From assembly GCA_964234715.1 (NCBI GenBank), contig OZ174280.1: a stretch of 64,000 bases of DNA. The stretch is one strand, 5' to 3'. This stretch comes from Podarcis melisellensis. Taxonomy: Eukaryota. Below the pieces are notes generated by a model. The model was not told the origin of the DNA. It made no database searches and saw nothing but the letters and a program-made list of their open reading frames with translations. Made by a program: the position numbers and the translations under genes. Of the stretch, positions 1 through 11,500 are shown one piece after another (the stretch's first letter is position 1; each line of letters starts with the position of its first letter).

Positions 1-176
1 AGGATGTGCTTGGACATTGGACCCAGAGGATATAATTTCCACATTTCACAGGTTGATCTTCAGAAGCTATTCTTTTCTCTACAAAATCACTGGTAGGACC
101 TCCCCACCTTCCAGGACAGACATGGATATTCTGTGCAGGGCTTAAAGATAGAGATGTATCTGTTTCAGTGGAAGGC

Positions 177-617
177 TCATAGACTATAGAATTGTAGTGT
201 TGGGAGGGGCCAAAATGGTCCTCTAGTCCAGGGGTAGGCAACCTAAGGCCCATGGGCCACAAGCAGCCCACGGGGGTCATTTAACCAGCCCATGAGCTGT
301 CCCCTAACTGAGCAGCCCACTTGGCGAGTCCCCATGCACTGTGCTAAACCAGCACAGCACGGCACAGGGACTTGCTTTCACAGTGCCGGAAATCACGTCT
401 GCGCATGCTCAGGCGCCGGAAATTGCGGCCGTGCATGCGCAATCTGGCCCATGGAGGGATCTCTGCTGGAGTGAACCGGCCCAGGCGAGGTAAACCTTGC
501 CGACCCCTGCTCTAGTCCAACCCCCTGTGATGCAGGAATTCTTTCCCCAATGTGAGATTTGAACCCATGGCCCTGAGGTTAAGAGTCTCCTGCTCCACTG
601 ACTGAACTATCCCAGGA
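177..617 (-). mobile_element. tRNA-Lys(CTT)-derived SINE with CR1-like 3' tail, interrupted by a hAT MITE
   Basis: Reverse complement of 545-616 resembles tRNA-Lys (gatagttcagtcagtggagcaggagactcttaacctcagggccatgggttcaaatc); tail ggggttggactag...ctacaattctatagtctatg. Confidence 0.7.
229..509. mobile_element. hAT-type MITE
   Basis: CAGGGG...CCCCTG termini; perfect 8-bp TSD CTCTAGTC at 221-228 and 510-517. Confidence 0.9.
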
Positions 618-1933
618 AGCCTGTCTTTCTCACAGCTACCCGAACTGCTGCGTCTTTAAATCATTTTGGAACTCTCTGTTTCCCAGTCTGCGGAATCAGG
701 GCTAGTTTCTCCCTCTTAGCCACTGAGATGAGATAAAAGGTTCCCCCCTGTGTGTGTGGTATGGGCAGCGTAAAAAACGCAACAAAACTCTGGTTCTCTG
801 TTGCCACCTTGTGGGAATCTGATAAAGTGCACATCTCTGCAAACGACCCGATTTCCCGATGTTCCCTCATGCAGGAGATGAATCCTGTCTCGTCAGGTCA
901 GATCAATGCCAGTTGAAGGTAGTCTAATATCAAAGCTAGCTAATTAAGGTGGTGGCAACTTCAGATGGAAGGATAATCAAGAACCAAAAGGGTTTGCCTT
1001 TGCATCCAGCCTCTACACAAGCTCTTTTAAAAGGGCTCAGCTGTTTAATACTCTGGGGAACCGCTCTCTGTAGTTGCAGGGCAGAAAGTAGTGTGAGGGC
1101 AGACTGTGCCTCTGATAAAATCTGGTGCTTCACTCAGTGGGTTAGCTCTAACAATGAGCTTACAATCTAAAATTTTACACTGGGGTAAAACTGTCTGCAG
1201 TTGTGGGACATGTGTGCTCATACCTCACAATCATAGCAGTGACATAATAAAGTACCCATGTTGGAAGCACATACTGTCATAATAGACTCTTCCATGTGAG
1301 CGTTTCCTGGTTGCATGCCTGGTGGCAGCCCTTACAAACCCCAAGCCATTTGTGTGCATGTCACCGTAAACATGAACTAGCACAAAACCTTCAGAAATTA
1401 TCAAGCCAGGTCTCGATCAGAGTTGGAACTGGCCAGGAACCTCTTTTGTCCCAGTCCTGATCTCTCTCCATGGTACTCCTCTAGATGATGAAATACAAGG
1501 AGCTGCAACACTCATGCCTGTTTTATTTATTTCAGCACCAGCATCCGCAAGATAGTTGCTTGCTGTGGATATTGGTGGTCTTAGCTGATGCTAAGGAAAT
1601 GGCTTGTTTTAATTTTTCATTGGCAAAGATACATTATTGGGACAGAGCCATGGGAATGTCTCATAGCCCAACCCTGTTCCTGTTACAGACTCATACCAGA
1701 TCCTAAACTGCAAACTTTCAGGTCAACTATCTCTTGCAAGGGTCATCTTAACTGCTTTTATTTAGCTCAACTGACTCACTTATCCAGAGAGGCTTGCAGT
1801 GCAGGAAGGAGAAGTGTAGATCTAGACAAGGGTGATGTCTGGGCCACAGTAAGGCTGAAGGTGTGGAAATTAGGCTATCCAATTAGGAAAGAAAGGCCCG
1901 ATTCCTGAACTGTGTCTTTGTGTTGCAGGTAGG

Positions 1934-2023
1934 ATGGAGTGGAGAGTGGAGGGGCCAAGGCACAGATCGGACAGATCTCCCTCTGCCTACAGGAGTTTGC
2001 CTGTCCAACAAGAGCGATACAGG
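1934..2023 (+). CDS. ARTN: ARTN first coding exon (MEWRVEG...QERYR)
   Basis: Acceptor ttgcag ends at 1928, ATG at 1934, donor AGG|gtgagt at 2023/2024; phase 0 joins the next exon in frame. Confidence 0.7.
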
Positions 2024-3727
2024 GTGAGTTAGCCTCGCCAGAGGGTGTTTTCAACACAGGAGCAGGAGCCTCAGAAGCAACGGGTAGGTAGAAAGGCCCT
2101 TGTCTGCAGGAGGATCCCAGCTCTCCCAATGTATGAGAGATGGAATGGCTTCTTGGTACATCACTTGCCTTGGGTTTCCAATGCATGAATCTGGTTCTTT
2201 GCTGCTCTCTGTTAGCCTAGCCCAGTGTTTCTCAAACTTGGGTCTCTAGCTGTGGTGGGACTACAACTCCCATCACCCCAAGTTAGCATAACCAGTGGTC
2301 AGGGATGATGGGAGTTGTAGTCCAACAACAGCTAGAGACCCAAGTTTGAGAAACACTGGCCTCTCCCCTTGTGGGAACCTTGTCTTGGAGGGCCGCATTG
2401 TACATAGCAGTTTTCTTACATAGGTTTCATTTTTATGTAGGCCAAAGCTTGTCCATTGCTCATGTGAACTTGCATATGTCTTCTTTGCTGCATGCATCTA
2501 TAACTGTAGCTTCTCACTTGGCATGCATGTGATGAAATGGATTCCTGGGCACCTTTATCTTTTCACATAATGGTGCAATTATGGCACATATACATGGCCA
2601 GCATGTGTTTTCCAGCACAGAAGTGACACCCACGTTAGAAGGTGAAGTAGCCTCGAGACTCCAGCACAACACATTGCCTCCTCATCACACCTTCCTTTGT
2701 AGGACAGCAACTGCTGCATTCTCTGTGCCCTTGTTTCCATGAGGTGTGCTTACTGAGGTGTGCCATTATCTCTTTCGTAGGAGCGGGGTTTGTGGGGTAC
2801 AATCACCCTGCTATCATTGTTTGCTGGTGCAGTCATGGCAACCCCGCAGACCTGGCACAACAACCAGACATTGGGAGCTGCCTCTGATGGAAGCATGGGC
2901 ACTGCCAGCCCTGCCTCTCTGGAGGAAAACAGCAGGGAAGCATCATCACTGGGCACATGGAGCCACTGGCACGGTAGGAACCTGGCATGTCTCGTGGGGA
3001 AGTGGGTGAGAGTCTGGGGTAGTGAGGATCTGAACTTTTCCCAGTCGGATCCTCACCCACACAGTGGTCCCCAGCTTCCTTTGTCTCAGGCACTGCTGTG
3101 ATGCTTTGCCTCTCTTTAAATCATTTACCCATCCCCCATGTCCTTTGAAACAGGCAGTCCATTTGCAGAGCAAATGGAAATAGGTATATTTCTGCCTGTT
3201 ATCTTTTGGGCCGATTGAGCCCCATGCCCTTTTCCTTGATTCCCGGTGCCTAACATTCTCCCCATGTCCTCCTTTCTGCTCGCCCCTCTTCTTTTTTTCC
3301 TTCAGGGGGAAACGTGACCATAGACAGGCTGAGCTCTTCGGAACTGCTCAGGGCTGAGCGCTCCCCAGCCAGCTCCAGCAAGGCCAAGAAAGGATCCAAG
3401 AAAGCCGGTCGCAGCAAAAACAACCGCTTCTGCCGCCTGCACAGCCGCCTGGTGAAGGTGCGGGACCTTGGGCTGGGCTTCGAGTCGGAGGAGATTGTGC
3501 GGTTCAAGTACTGCAGTGGGTCCTGCCAGCGAGCCCGCACCAACTATGACTTGGCCTTGAGTAGCCTGCTACAGCAACGCACCATCGTGCCTGGGCCTCA
3601 TGACCACCCTTCCTCCCACCCCTGCTGCCGCCCCACCCGGTATGAGGACTTCTCCTTTATGAATGTGCGCAATGCCTGGCAGACTGTGGACCATGTCTCA
3701 GCAGCAGAGTGTGGCTGTGTGGGCTGA
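1934..3727 (+). CDS. ARTN: Artemin precursor (GDNF-family ligand), join(1934..2023,2781..2973,3306..3727), 234 aa
   Basis: Last exon encodes a 7-Cys cystine knot (CRLHSRLVKVRDLGLGF...YCSGSC...HPCCRPTRYE...ECGCVG*). There is a furin-type RAER site and a hydrophobic signal core (LWGTITLLSLFAGAVMA). Junctions are GT-AG with phases 0 and 1, total 705 nt. Lies directly upstream of IPO13 as in mammals. The first coding exon is less certain than the others. Confidence 0.9.
2223..2358. mobile_element. Palindromic 136-bp hAT MITE in an ARTN intron
   Basis: CAGTGTTTCTCAAACTTGGGTCTCTAGCTG ... CAGCTAGAGACCCAAGTTTGAGAAACACTG; TSD GCCTAGCC/GCCTCTCC. Confidence 0.9.
2781..2973 (+). CDS. ARTN: ARTN coding exon 2 (signal peptide and pro-region)
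   Basis: tctttcgtag| acceptor; ERGLWGTITLLSLFAGAVMA; donor ACG|gtagga, phase 1. Confidence 0.85.
3306..3727 (+). CDS. ARTN: ARTN last coding exon (mature cystine-knot domain)
   Basis: Long pyrimidine tract then ttcag|; GDNF-family motifs LGLG, CSGSC, PCCRP, CGC; stop TGA. Confidence 0.95.
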
Positions 3728-4907
3728 GGGGGCTGCCTACTCCGAGCTCGCAGTTTGTCACTGAGGCTGCAGCCATGCCTAGGGCCTTGCTCCATTGGTG
3801 GGGCATGAGACACGGAGAGACACGGTCTGTGGTGGGGCTTTCCAGGTCAGGCAGAAGCAGCACATGGACAATAAGCAGGAGGAGAGCATGATGGCCACAG
3901 CTCGAAGGTGCCTGGGCCTTCATCTCCACATCTGTGGAACATTTTCATAGGGTACTTTCCTCATAGCAGCAAGATGGTGAGATGGAGGCCAGCCAAGCCT
4001 TTGAGGACTGCAAACCCACACTGGGAGGAATTCTCCCCTTTAGGGTTTGGTCCGTCAACCGTGTCGTGCATTTGCTCACCCATCAAGTTGCACCCTCCAG
4101 TGGAGAAGCAGCACTGGGATTTCCCATACCTTTACTGAAGGGATGAAGGATAGGGATGTAGCCTGAAAGACCTGTGGTGCAAATGGGTAGGTTCTTGAGC
4201 ATCTCTTCTTGCCACTTTGTCAGGCAGTGGAAAGAACTGGCTACTCGCTCAGGTCACCTGGCCCTGTCAATTGCAAGGCTGATGTTCTCTCCCACTTTAA
4301 GCCCCCAAACCTTTCCCTGAGCAAATTGGTTTGCTCTATCAGAGAGCAGATGTAGTTGAACACGAAAGACAGAGTCACAATGCTTAGCAGCAGCATCAGG
4401 ATCAACCTACAACTGGTGAGCTTGTGCTCTGACGGTCCAGCGATTGCTACTGCTGTCAGTCTTGTGCTGGGATGTTCGGCACAGTTGTTGAGGACTGAAT
4501 GGAGCACCTTCCTGGTTTTGTACTAAGATGGTGGTAATTCTTAGAATCTTTGACCTGGTCTGGGGAGCTTCTCCTGGTGAGAACAAGCCCTTGGCAGATG
4601 GAAGGCTGGTGGCTGGACCTTGTGGAGATCAAGAAGCACAGCTGATGGAAGTCTTATGTTTCCACAGCGTAATTAAGGCATCTATTGCTATAGAAAATGG
4701 TCTTATCCTATAAAACCAATGATGGTGTTAACATCCTGGTTTGCAACATTCCCTAACACACCAGCAGCAGCTTGGAGTTTGGCCACTACAGTTGCCAGGC
4801 CAACACTGGAAGCAGCAATAGCCCCTGCCAATCCCCGAGTCAGCCATCACTTGGTGCCAGCAGGGTGGGGAACTCTCTGTCCTGGAAGTGACACTTTCTG
4901 AACAAAG

Positions 4908-5194
4908 TTATTTATTCTCTAACTTATTTATTTATTTGTTTGAACCCCACTCCCCACCCTACCCACCCAGTGGCACCTATTTATGATGCTGAGAGTCGGG
5001 CCTGGTGTACCATTGAAAACGGGTGCTGATGTTATGTCCCGGCCTGTGACCAGCAGTTCCTACTCCCTTTTCCCTTCTTGGCCTGATCAAAGGCATTTCC
5101 TCTTTTTCCTTTCCTGATTTTTATATTCTCTACCCTTTATTTGCATTTGAATAAACTCTATTTTTGTACAGCAGCAACTTCCTGTAGCAATAAA
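4908..5194 (+). promoter_or_regulatory. ARTN 3' UTR AU-rich elements and polyadenylation signals
   Basis: TTATTTATT at 4908-4916, TTATTTATTTATTT at 4924-4937, TATTTAT at 4978-4984; AATAAA at 5150-5155 and 5189-5194. Confidence 0.6.
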
Positions 5195-6687
5195 GCCTGT
5201 TAAGGCAGTGAGAAATTGGCTTCATGTGTATCTGTGTAGGAGGGGGGAAAACAACAAATATGCAAACCAGCTTAATTCATAAATATAGTTTCTGAAGCAA
5301 GTGTGGGCGCTGACAAGCATTTGACTATGTGCCTTGTCATCTCAAAGTTTATCACCCATGTGCCAAACCTCTTGTTTATTTATACGTGCTTGGTTGAAAG
5401 TGAGTTAAAAGGCCAGCAGATTGAACTCTGGCCAGCAGTGCCTAGGAGAATTTACTAAGAGCTGCTTCCTTTCTAGGTAAAAACCTGCAAATCCTGGGAG
5501 TCCTCGCACCTCAGTTTCAGGGTAAAAAGAGGGTTTTGTGCAACAAACGTTAAGTAACTTTGTGAAAAGTATTACAGACTAGTCCATCTTAACATGGCAG
5601 TTGACGTTCCTTTATTCAAAACTGAATCCGCTGACATGCAGTGTTGGTAAATGGTTGCCAGATATTATAAAAATAAGCTCTAGAAACCTCTGAAATGCTT
5701 AGAATATGTTATTTTATTCATTTCTAACAACAGCACAAGTGGTAAAGAATAGATTGTGCTGCTGAGCTTCTCCAATTTGAGCCAAGGTTAAGCTGGCATC
5801 TATCAACACATTCCTGAAAGGAAAAAGGGAGTTCTGTTGGAGTGACTTTTCCACACTGAAAACAAAAATTATGAAAAGTAAGACCCCATTAAAACTAGAG
5901 ACAACATTGTACAAATCACATCTCCCACACTGGTCAGAATAATCTGAGATGTTTTCAAACTTAGCAGGTAGTAAATATCAGTGGTAAGCTATTTTATTTA
6001 TTAATTAAAATATTTACAACCTGCCGTCTACACCAATCATTAAAAAGAACAAATCCAACTACCGATCAGGATTGGATAAACAAATAATAAAGAATCTTTA
6101 AACACAAGTGATGGTAATAACAAATTAGGCACGCATAACTGCATGTACTCCAGCAGTTAGTTATGCAAACACGTTTCACACATTACTAAATCCTGGACTA
6201 GTGCCTACCACACAAGTAGCTTAAGCAGTGTTTATACTGGCGCCTGTTGTGCAGTGTTTACTTAGAAGTTAGTCCTGGTGACTTATTCTGTTGAAGAGTG
6301 TAGAAGTGCATCTGTAAAGTAGCTGCCCCCCCCTTTCTGCCCAGGTTCATAAAGACACCTAGTTTTGTTTTTTATGTTGCTGGGACTGGTGTGGTCTTAG
6401 GCTTTGGTTGTTTGTTGTTTAAATGTTTAAGCAGGGCTGAGGAACCTCAGGGATGGGGGCTGATTGTAGCTCTCCAAATTCTCTTTCCCGCCCTGAGACC
6501 TCCCAGGCCACATCCTTCACTGACTGGCCTATGGGCCTATGCCTTTTAGGGGCCCCTCGACAATGGAGCAAAATAATATTGACTTGGTCTTTTAAGAAAT
6601 TACAAAAAATGTATTAGGGGATAATTTGTGAGCCCTCCCCCAATATTTCAACTGCCATGGGGCCTCCACAGGGTTTAATCCAGCATT

Positions 6688-6932
6688 GAAGAAGAAGAGT
6701 TTGGATTTGATATCCCGCTTTATCACTACCCGAAGGAGTCTCAAAGCGGCTAACATTCTCCTTTCCCTTCCTCCCCCACAACAAACACTCTGTGAGGTGA
6801 GTGGGGCTGAGAGACTTCAGAGAAGTGTGACTAGCCCAAGGTCACCCAGCAGCTGCATGTGGAGGAGCGGAGACGCGAACCCGGTTCACCAGATTAAAAG
6901 TCTACCGCTCTTAACCACTACACCACACTGGC
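6688..6932 (-). mobile_element. Young tRNA-derived squamate SINE (CORE-like body, (TTC)n tail)
   Basis: Minus-strand head gccagtgtggtgtagtggttaagagcggtagac with A/B-box-like motifs; body gggtgaccttgggctagtcac; CpGs intact. Confidence 0.8.
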
Positions 6933-7239
6933 ACATTATCACTGACTGTGCTCTGTGCCCCCTTCAGCTTTTTTATCTGACCAGAACATGTCATTGAACT
7001 GTAAAAAGTAGTCCACTACCCAAAGGTGAGTCACATCCGATGCTCTGCCTTCTTTTACACCTGACCCCACCCACCAATGCCACTTGAAAGGTTGTCTACC
7101 GGGAACGGAATGCTTGTGTAAGTTGCTTTGAGTGATTTATGGGTTACCTAAGCGTTTCCATAACATTCTATTTTATACCAGCTGCAAATTTGCTGCTGCT
7201 ACGAGGTACCTGGACCAGACTCCCTTACCGGGGTGCCAC

Positions 7240-8500
7240 TTCCAACTTCGTCCGCCCCAGTCTCGCAGAATCCCACTGCTTAGCTGAGATTCACTATTTT
7301 TTCCCCCGCCACCAGGGGGTGCAGTAGGCAGAGACTCGCCACACTGCAAGAACTACAACTCCCATGAGCACCCCTCGGCCAATGTCTCTCTCGCTTCCGG
7401 AGCTGGGAACTACAACTCCCATGATCCTTCCGCCACAAGCTTGGTCCTCAGCGGGAAGCGGCTGTTCTTGGCGCCTGACTGGAAGCGAGCGAGCGAGCTG
7501 GCAAGAGGGCTTTTGGCGAGGACAACCCGGCAGCGCGTGAGGCCCTCCCTCCCTCCGCTCTCACTGGGTGCCCCACTGGGTGCCCGGCCCAACTGCCAGT
7601 CAATTAGTCCGACTGAGCGGCCAGGGAGGCGTCTCGGCGGCGGCGGCAGCGGTTGCCGCCTCAGGCAGATAGAGCGACCCTCCTCGGGGGGCGTTGAGCG
7701 GGAGGGGCCGGGCGAGTACGAGACCGGCAGACGCCCTTCTGTCTGTCTGTGTCTGTGGCGGGTGATAGGCAGGTACCTCCTCCGCCATTAAGGGCAGAAG
7801 GACAGATTCCCCGCTTCCCCAGGAAATTTGCGTCAGTTTATCAAGCCTTTTCTGTGCTCCCTCCCTCCCAATAATCCCGCTCAAGGCGGGGCGCAGATGG
7901 TCCGTGCGCTTTACCGGGGCGGAGGCAGGTAGCTTCCATTCACTCTGAATCTTGTTGGGAACAGGCGGGATATTCTCCCCTTATTTCCCTGCTGAGAGTC
8001 CCGTCTCCCACACATCACCCTGTGGGGGGCAGCTAGGCATGTATCCCTCTTGCAGAGAAGCTGATAAGACATCGCGCCTTTAAAAAAGAAGAATATTGGG
8101 AAAGAATCCGGCAGCCCCCACCCCTTTTTTAAAAAAGAAAAACCCCTCCCATTGACAGGCTGAGCACACGTAGCACTCCCCTTTCCTTCGGGCGAGACAC
8201 AGGCAGAGAGAATTGCCCTTTCTCTCTCGTTTGGGGGGCTGCTCTTCTCTCCTTTCGCCCGTCCTTCCACCCCAAGATGCTGCCGCCGCTGTCGCCGCCG
8301 CCGCCTACCCCCCTGTAGCTGAGCCCCAGTGCAGGGCGAGGCTCAGACCGTCGGCGTGCCGGCGCCATGGAGCGCCGAGGGGAGGCTGCCGCCGCTGCCC
8401 TCCCGCAGACCCTGGACTTCACCGTGGAGAACGTGGAGAAGGTGAGAGGTGGGGAGGAGGGGCCGCTTTAGGGTACCTGTGTTGGGGTTGCGGGTGGCTT
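7240..8500 (+). promoter_or_regulatory. IPO13 CpG-island promoter and long 5' leader
   Basis: CpG-rich. GC box CCGCCCC near 7252, CTCF-like CCACCAGGGGGTGC at 7309-7322, two ACTACAACTCCCA (ZNF143/THAP11-type) motifs at 7352-7364 and 7409-7421, CCAAT at 7379, ETS-type CTTCCGG near 7394. Confidence 0.8.
8367..8441 (+). CDS. IPO13: IPO13 exon 1
   Basis: gccATGG Kozak; [10 protein letters not shown]; AAG|gtgaga. Confidence 0.93.
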
Positions 8501-11500
8501 GGGTGGAAGTGCCTAATCCTGCACCCCAGTTAATTTCCGCACACTGGATTAGGAGCTTTCAATGTGCTCAGGCTTTTAGTGTACATTTGTCTCAGGCAAT
8601 CCTGTCTTGAGTTCCAGTAGTTTTGTACTTCACCTATTCGGTGGGCATAGCTGCTCCCATCTTGATCTTTTTCAGGAGATTGAGAGTGCCCTTGGCATGT
8701 TATTGGTCTCTGACATTGGCTTCACGGTTTAATTTGCACTACTGTAGCCTCTGAATCCCATTGAATCGCACACACACTCTCTCTCTTTGGAGTGGCAGTA
8801 ATATTGGTCCTTATGTTATAATCTGGGAACCTTTCCTCCGCTTACCTCCTTCTGAGAGCGTATCATGATGAGCCTGGCGGGGTGGGGGGTGCTGACACTA
8901 CTGCTGCTGGCTTGAGGGGGCATTTGCAGAAGTGATGATCTGCCCTGGCAGCATACCCAGGGGGCATCCTGTTACTCATTGAATCCTTAGCATGTCATAG
9001 TCCGAACTCATGGCACTTTGGGCTTTCTCCTTTAGCTTCACTCCTTAGGAGATACCCTCTAGTTGTAGAAAGCAAAGTGGCCTTTAGAAACACACCTGGA
9101 AGATGAACTACTGTCTGGTGACTGCTTTATTCTTTTGGCAGTCGTGTAATCACCTGCCTCTGTTCTCTTTTAGATGTAGGTATAAATGTTCCCTAATTCA
9201 CTGGAGCTATTTAAATGGTATTGTAATACTGGCTATGACTCCTGGCACCTCCATGTAAAAGGTTCTGATGGCAGGTGATGGGAAAGACCTCTGTCTCAGA
9301 CCCTGGAGAGCTCCTTCCACTTAGAATAGTCTGTCATAGTATAAGGCAGCTTCCTATATTTACATGAATTTTGTAATGAGAGTAACCTTTTATTTTTGAG
9401 GGCCTCATTCCCTTAGCAGTTGTCTGTCGGGGACTGCATGCTGATCATGGGTGGGGCTGCCACCAGCTTTCCTTTCTCTTTTCTGCCACTCCTTACTTCT
9501 CTCTCTTTCTCTCTCTCTCTCTCTCCTCTTTCTCCTCCTCCTCCCTGGCCAGCAGGCTGGGGGCAGGGGGAGATCACTCTTGCCAGAGATGGCTTGCTGA
9601 GGGTTTTTAAAAATTGGTTAGCAGGTGGCCCACCTCTGCTATAGGCATACCACAACTTCACTGGCAAATATGCTAGACTAGAGTGAGTGCCACCACTTGG
9701 TTCAAGGCTAAAGAGGATCTTACCTATGTAATTGTTCCACATTCCTTCACTGTAATGCTTTTGCAGCTATTTCTCAAAATTCTTTGTGGTGGCCTTGTGG
9801 AAGGCAGGCTGCTAATGAAAATACAATTGTGCTTCAGATTTATACAATGCATTTTTGAAAGATCAGAAACAACCATATACTGTAGACAAGTATTTTTGTT
9901 CCCATGTTGCAGATTGAATGTTGAAGCTGATGAATAGTAGCTTATTCAAGACTATTTAGTGAGTTTATGTGTGGATTGAAGATGAACTTCCCAATCAAAG
10001 CTCACACTCATAGTCACTACGGTATATTGCAATAAAACAGCTCTTTATCTGTATCCAGGTAAACTATCTCTATCTCTGGACTGTGATGTGTTGTATAATG
10101 GACATTAACAAGGAGAAGCAAGAAGAATGGATGCTGTGGTACTAGTTACTGAAAGGGCACCATATTTCTTGAGGCTCCATCTTAAGTTGTGGGGCAGTCT
10201 GTGTTATGATAATAGTGAAGATTTCACTTTGCCAAGTGATTGGTGTCTTAACTGTTGCTGCCTGTTTGTAAGAATAAAATTCTACACTTACAAGATAGAA
10301 AAGCATGAGCTTGGAGCTGTTTTTGAGAGGTTGTTAAGGAATGATACTTAGAAATATCTATAACTATGTGTTTTTGGAGATTTCACTCAAGTGTAAGTAG
10401 AACTCCAGTCTGCTCCCGTTTCCCACATTGGCATATGTATAATTCATTATAATTGATTATGATGAATATAATTTATCTTTAAATGAAAAGGAACATTTCT
10501 AGCCTCCAGGTTTTTGAAGGCGGGCTTGAAAATATGTGAACAATATCTGATGAAATATTGAAAGCCAGGGATACCTTGTAAGTTTCCTAGGGGCCATGGA
10601 ACTGGAGCTCTGTGGCCTGCATAGCTCCAGGTCTAGGAAAAGCAGAATAAGTGCACTCACTTTGAATAAGTTATACATACTGCAGAAATTTTATTTTCCT
10701 GGTTGAAACTGGGATACTTTGGCCTGAAAGAAATTAAAAAGCAGTTTAGGGTTAGTCCTGAACAGTTTATTTTTCTCCCCTTCTGTTGAGTAAAGTTCTG
10801 CAGGATGGAAATTGTTATTTCTGTAAAACAACACGCATCTTCCATTGTGGCTTTGTAGAGTGCTCTGTTGTGGACCTGTCACTATTCAGGCAGCTTTAAC
10901 CTGCCTTTGCTGCCCATTGTATTTTCAGAAGCACTGGAGTAGCCACTCCCTATTACACCCTGAATTCTGTCATTCTGCTCGTGTTAAATTGTCACACAGG
11001 TTCCAGGCAGCTCACTAGTAGGGATTATGACATTTAGCCCTCTTCCTAGCAAAGCCCAGATAGTGACAACTCACCAAGGTATATCTTTAGCTGGATATGG
11101 AACCTGACTTGCTTCCCTTTCTTTGTTTATTAGATCCATAGCCAGGAATGGCAGACTCCTAGTCCAAGATTTTAGGCCATGATGTTAAAAACCTCCCACT
11201 TTCATAGTGCATATGGAATAAGGGTTTGTGCCTTTCTGCAAAGTTATGTAGCAGCACTAGCTTTTGTGGCCTAATCTGTTACTGGGTAATGCTGCTTTAT
11301 AATTCCCTCTGAAAGGAACGCACAGGCAGCTTCTTTGTGCGAGCTGACAATAGAGCAAATGTTGACATCAAGAAAGGTCAGTACACCCCAGGTGGTGATT
11401 AGCTCAGCAAGTGCTGGGGTAGAAGTTGGAGCCATCAGGGGTGTGCCAGAATGGCTTCCACACTGGCTGGGAAGGGCTGTAGCAGGCTCTCAAGGATGCT

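Noticed and set aside
545-616. tRNA-Lys(CTT)-like sequence on the - strand
   Set aside because: Many stem mismatches and directly fused to a CR1-type tail; it is a SINE head, not a functional tRNA
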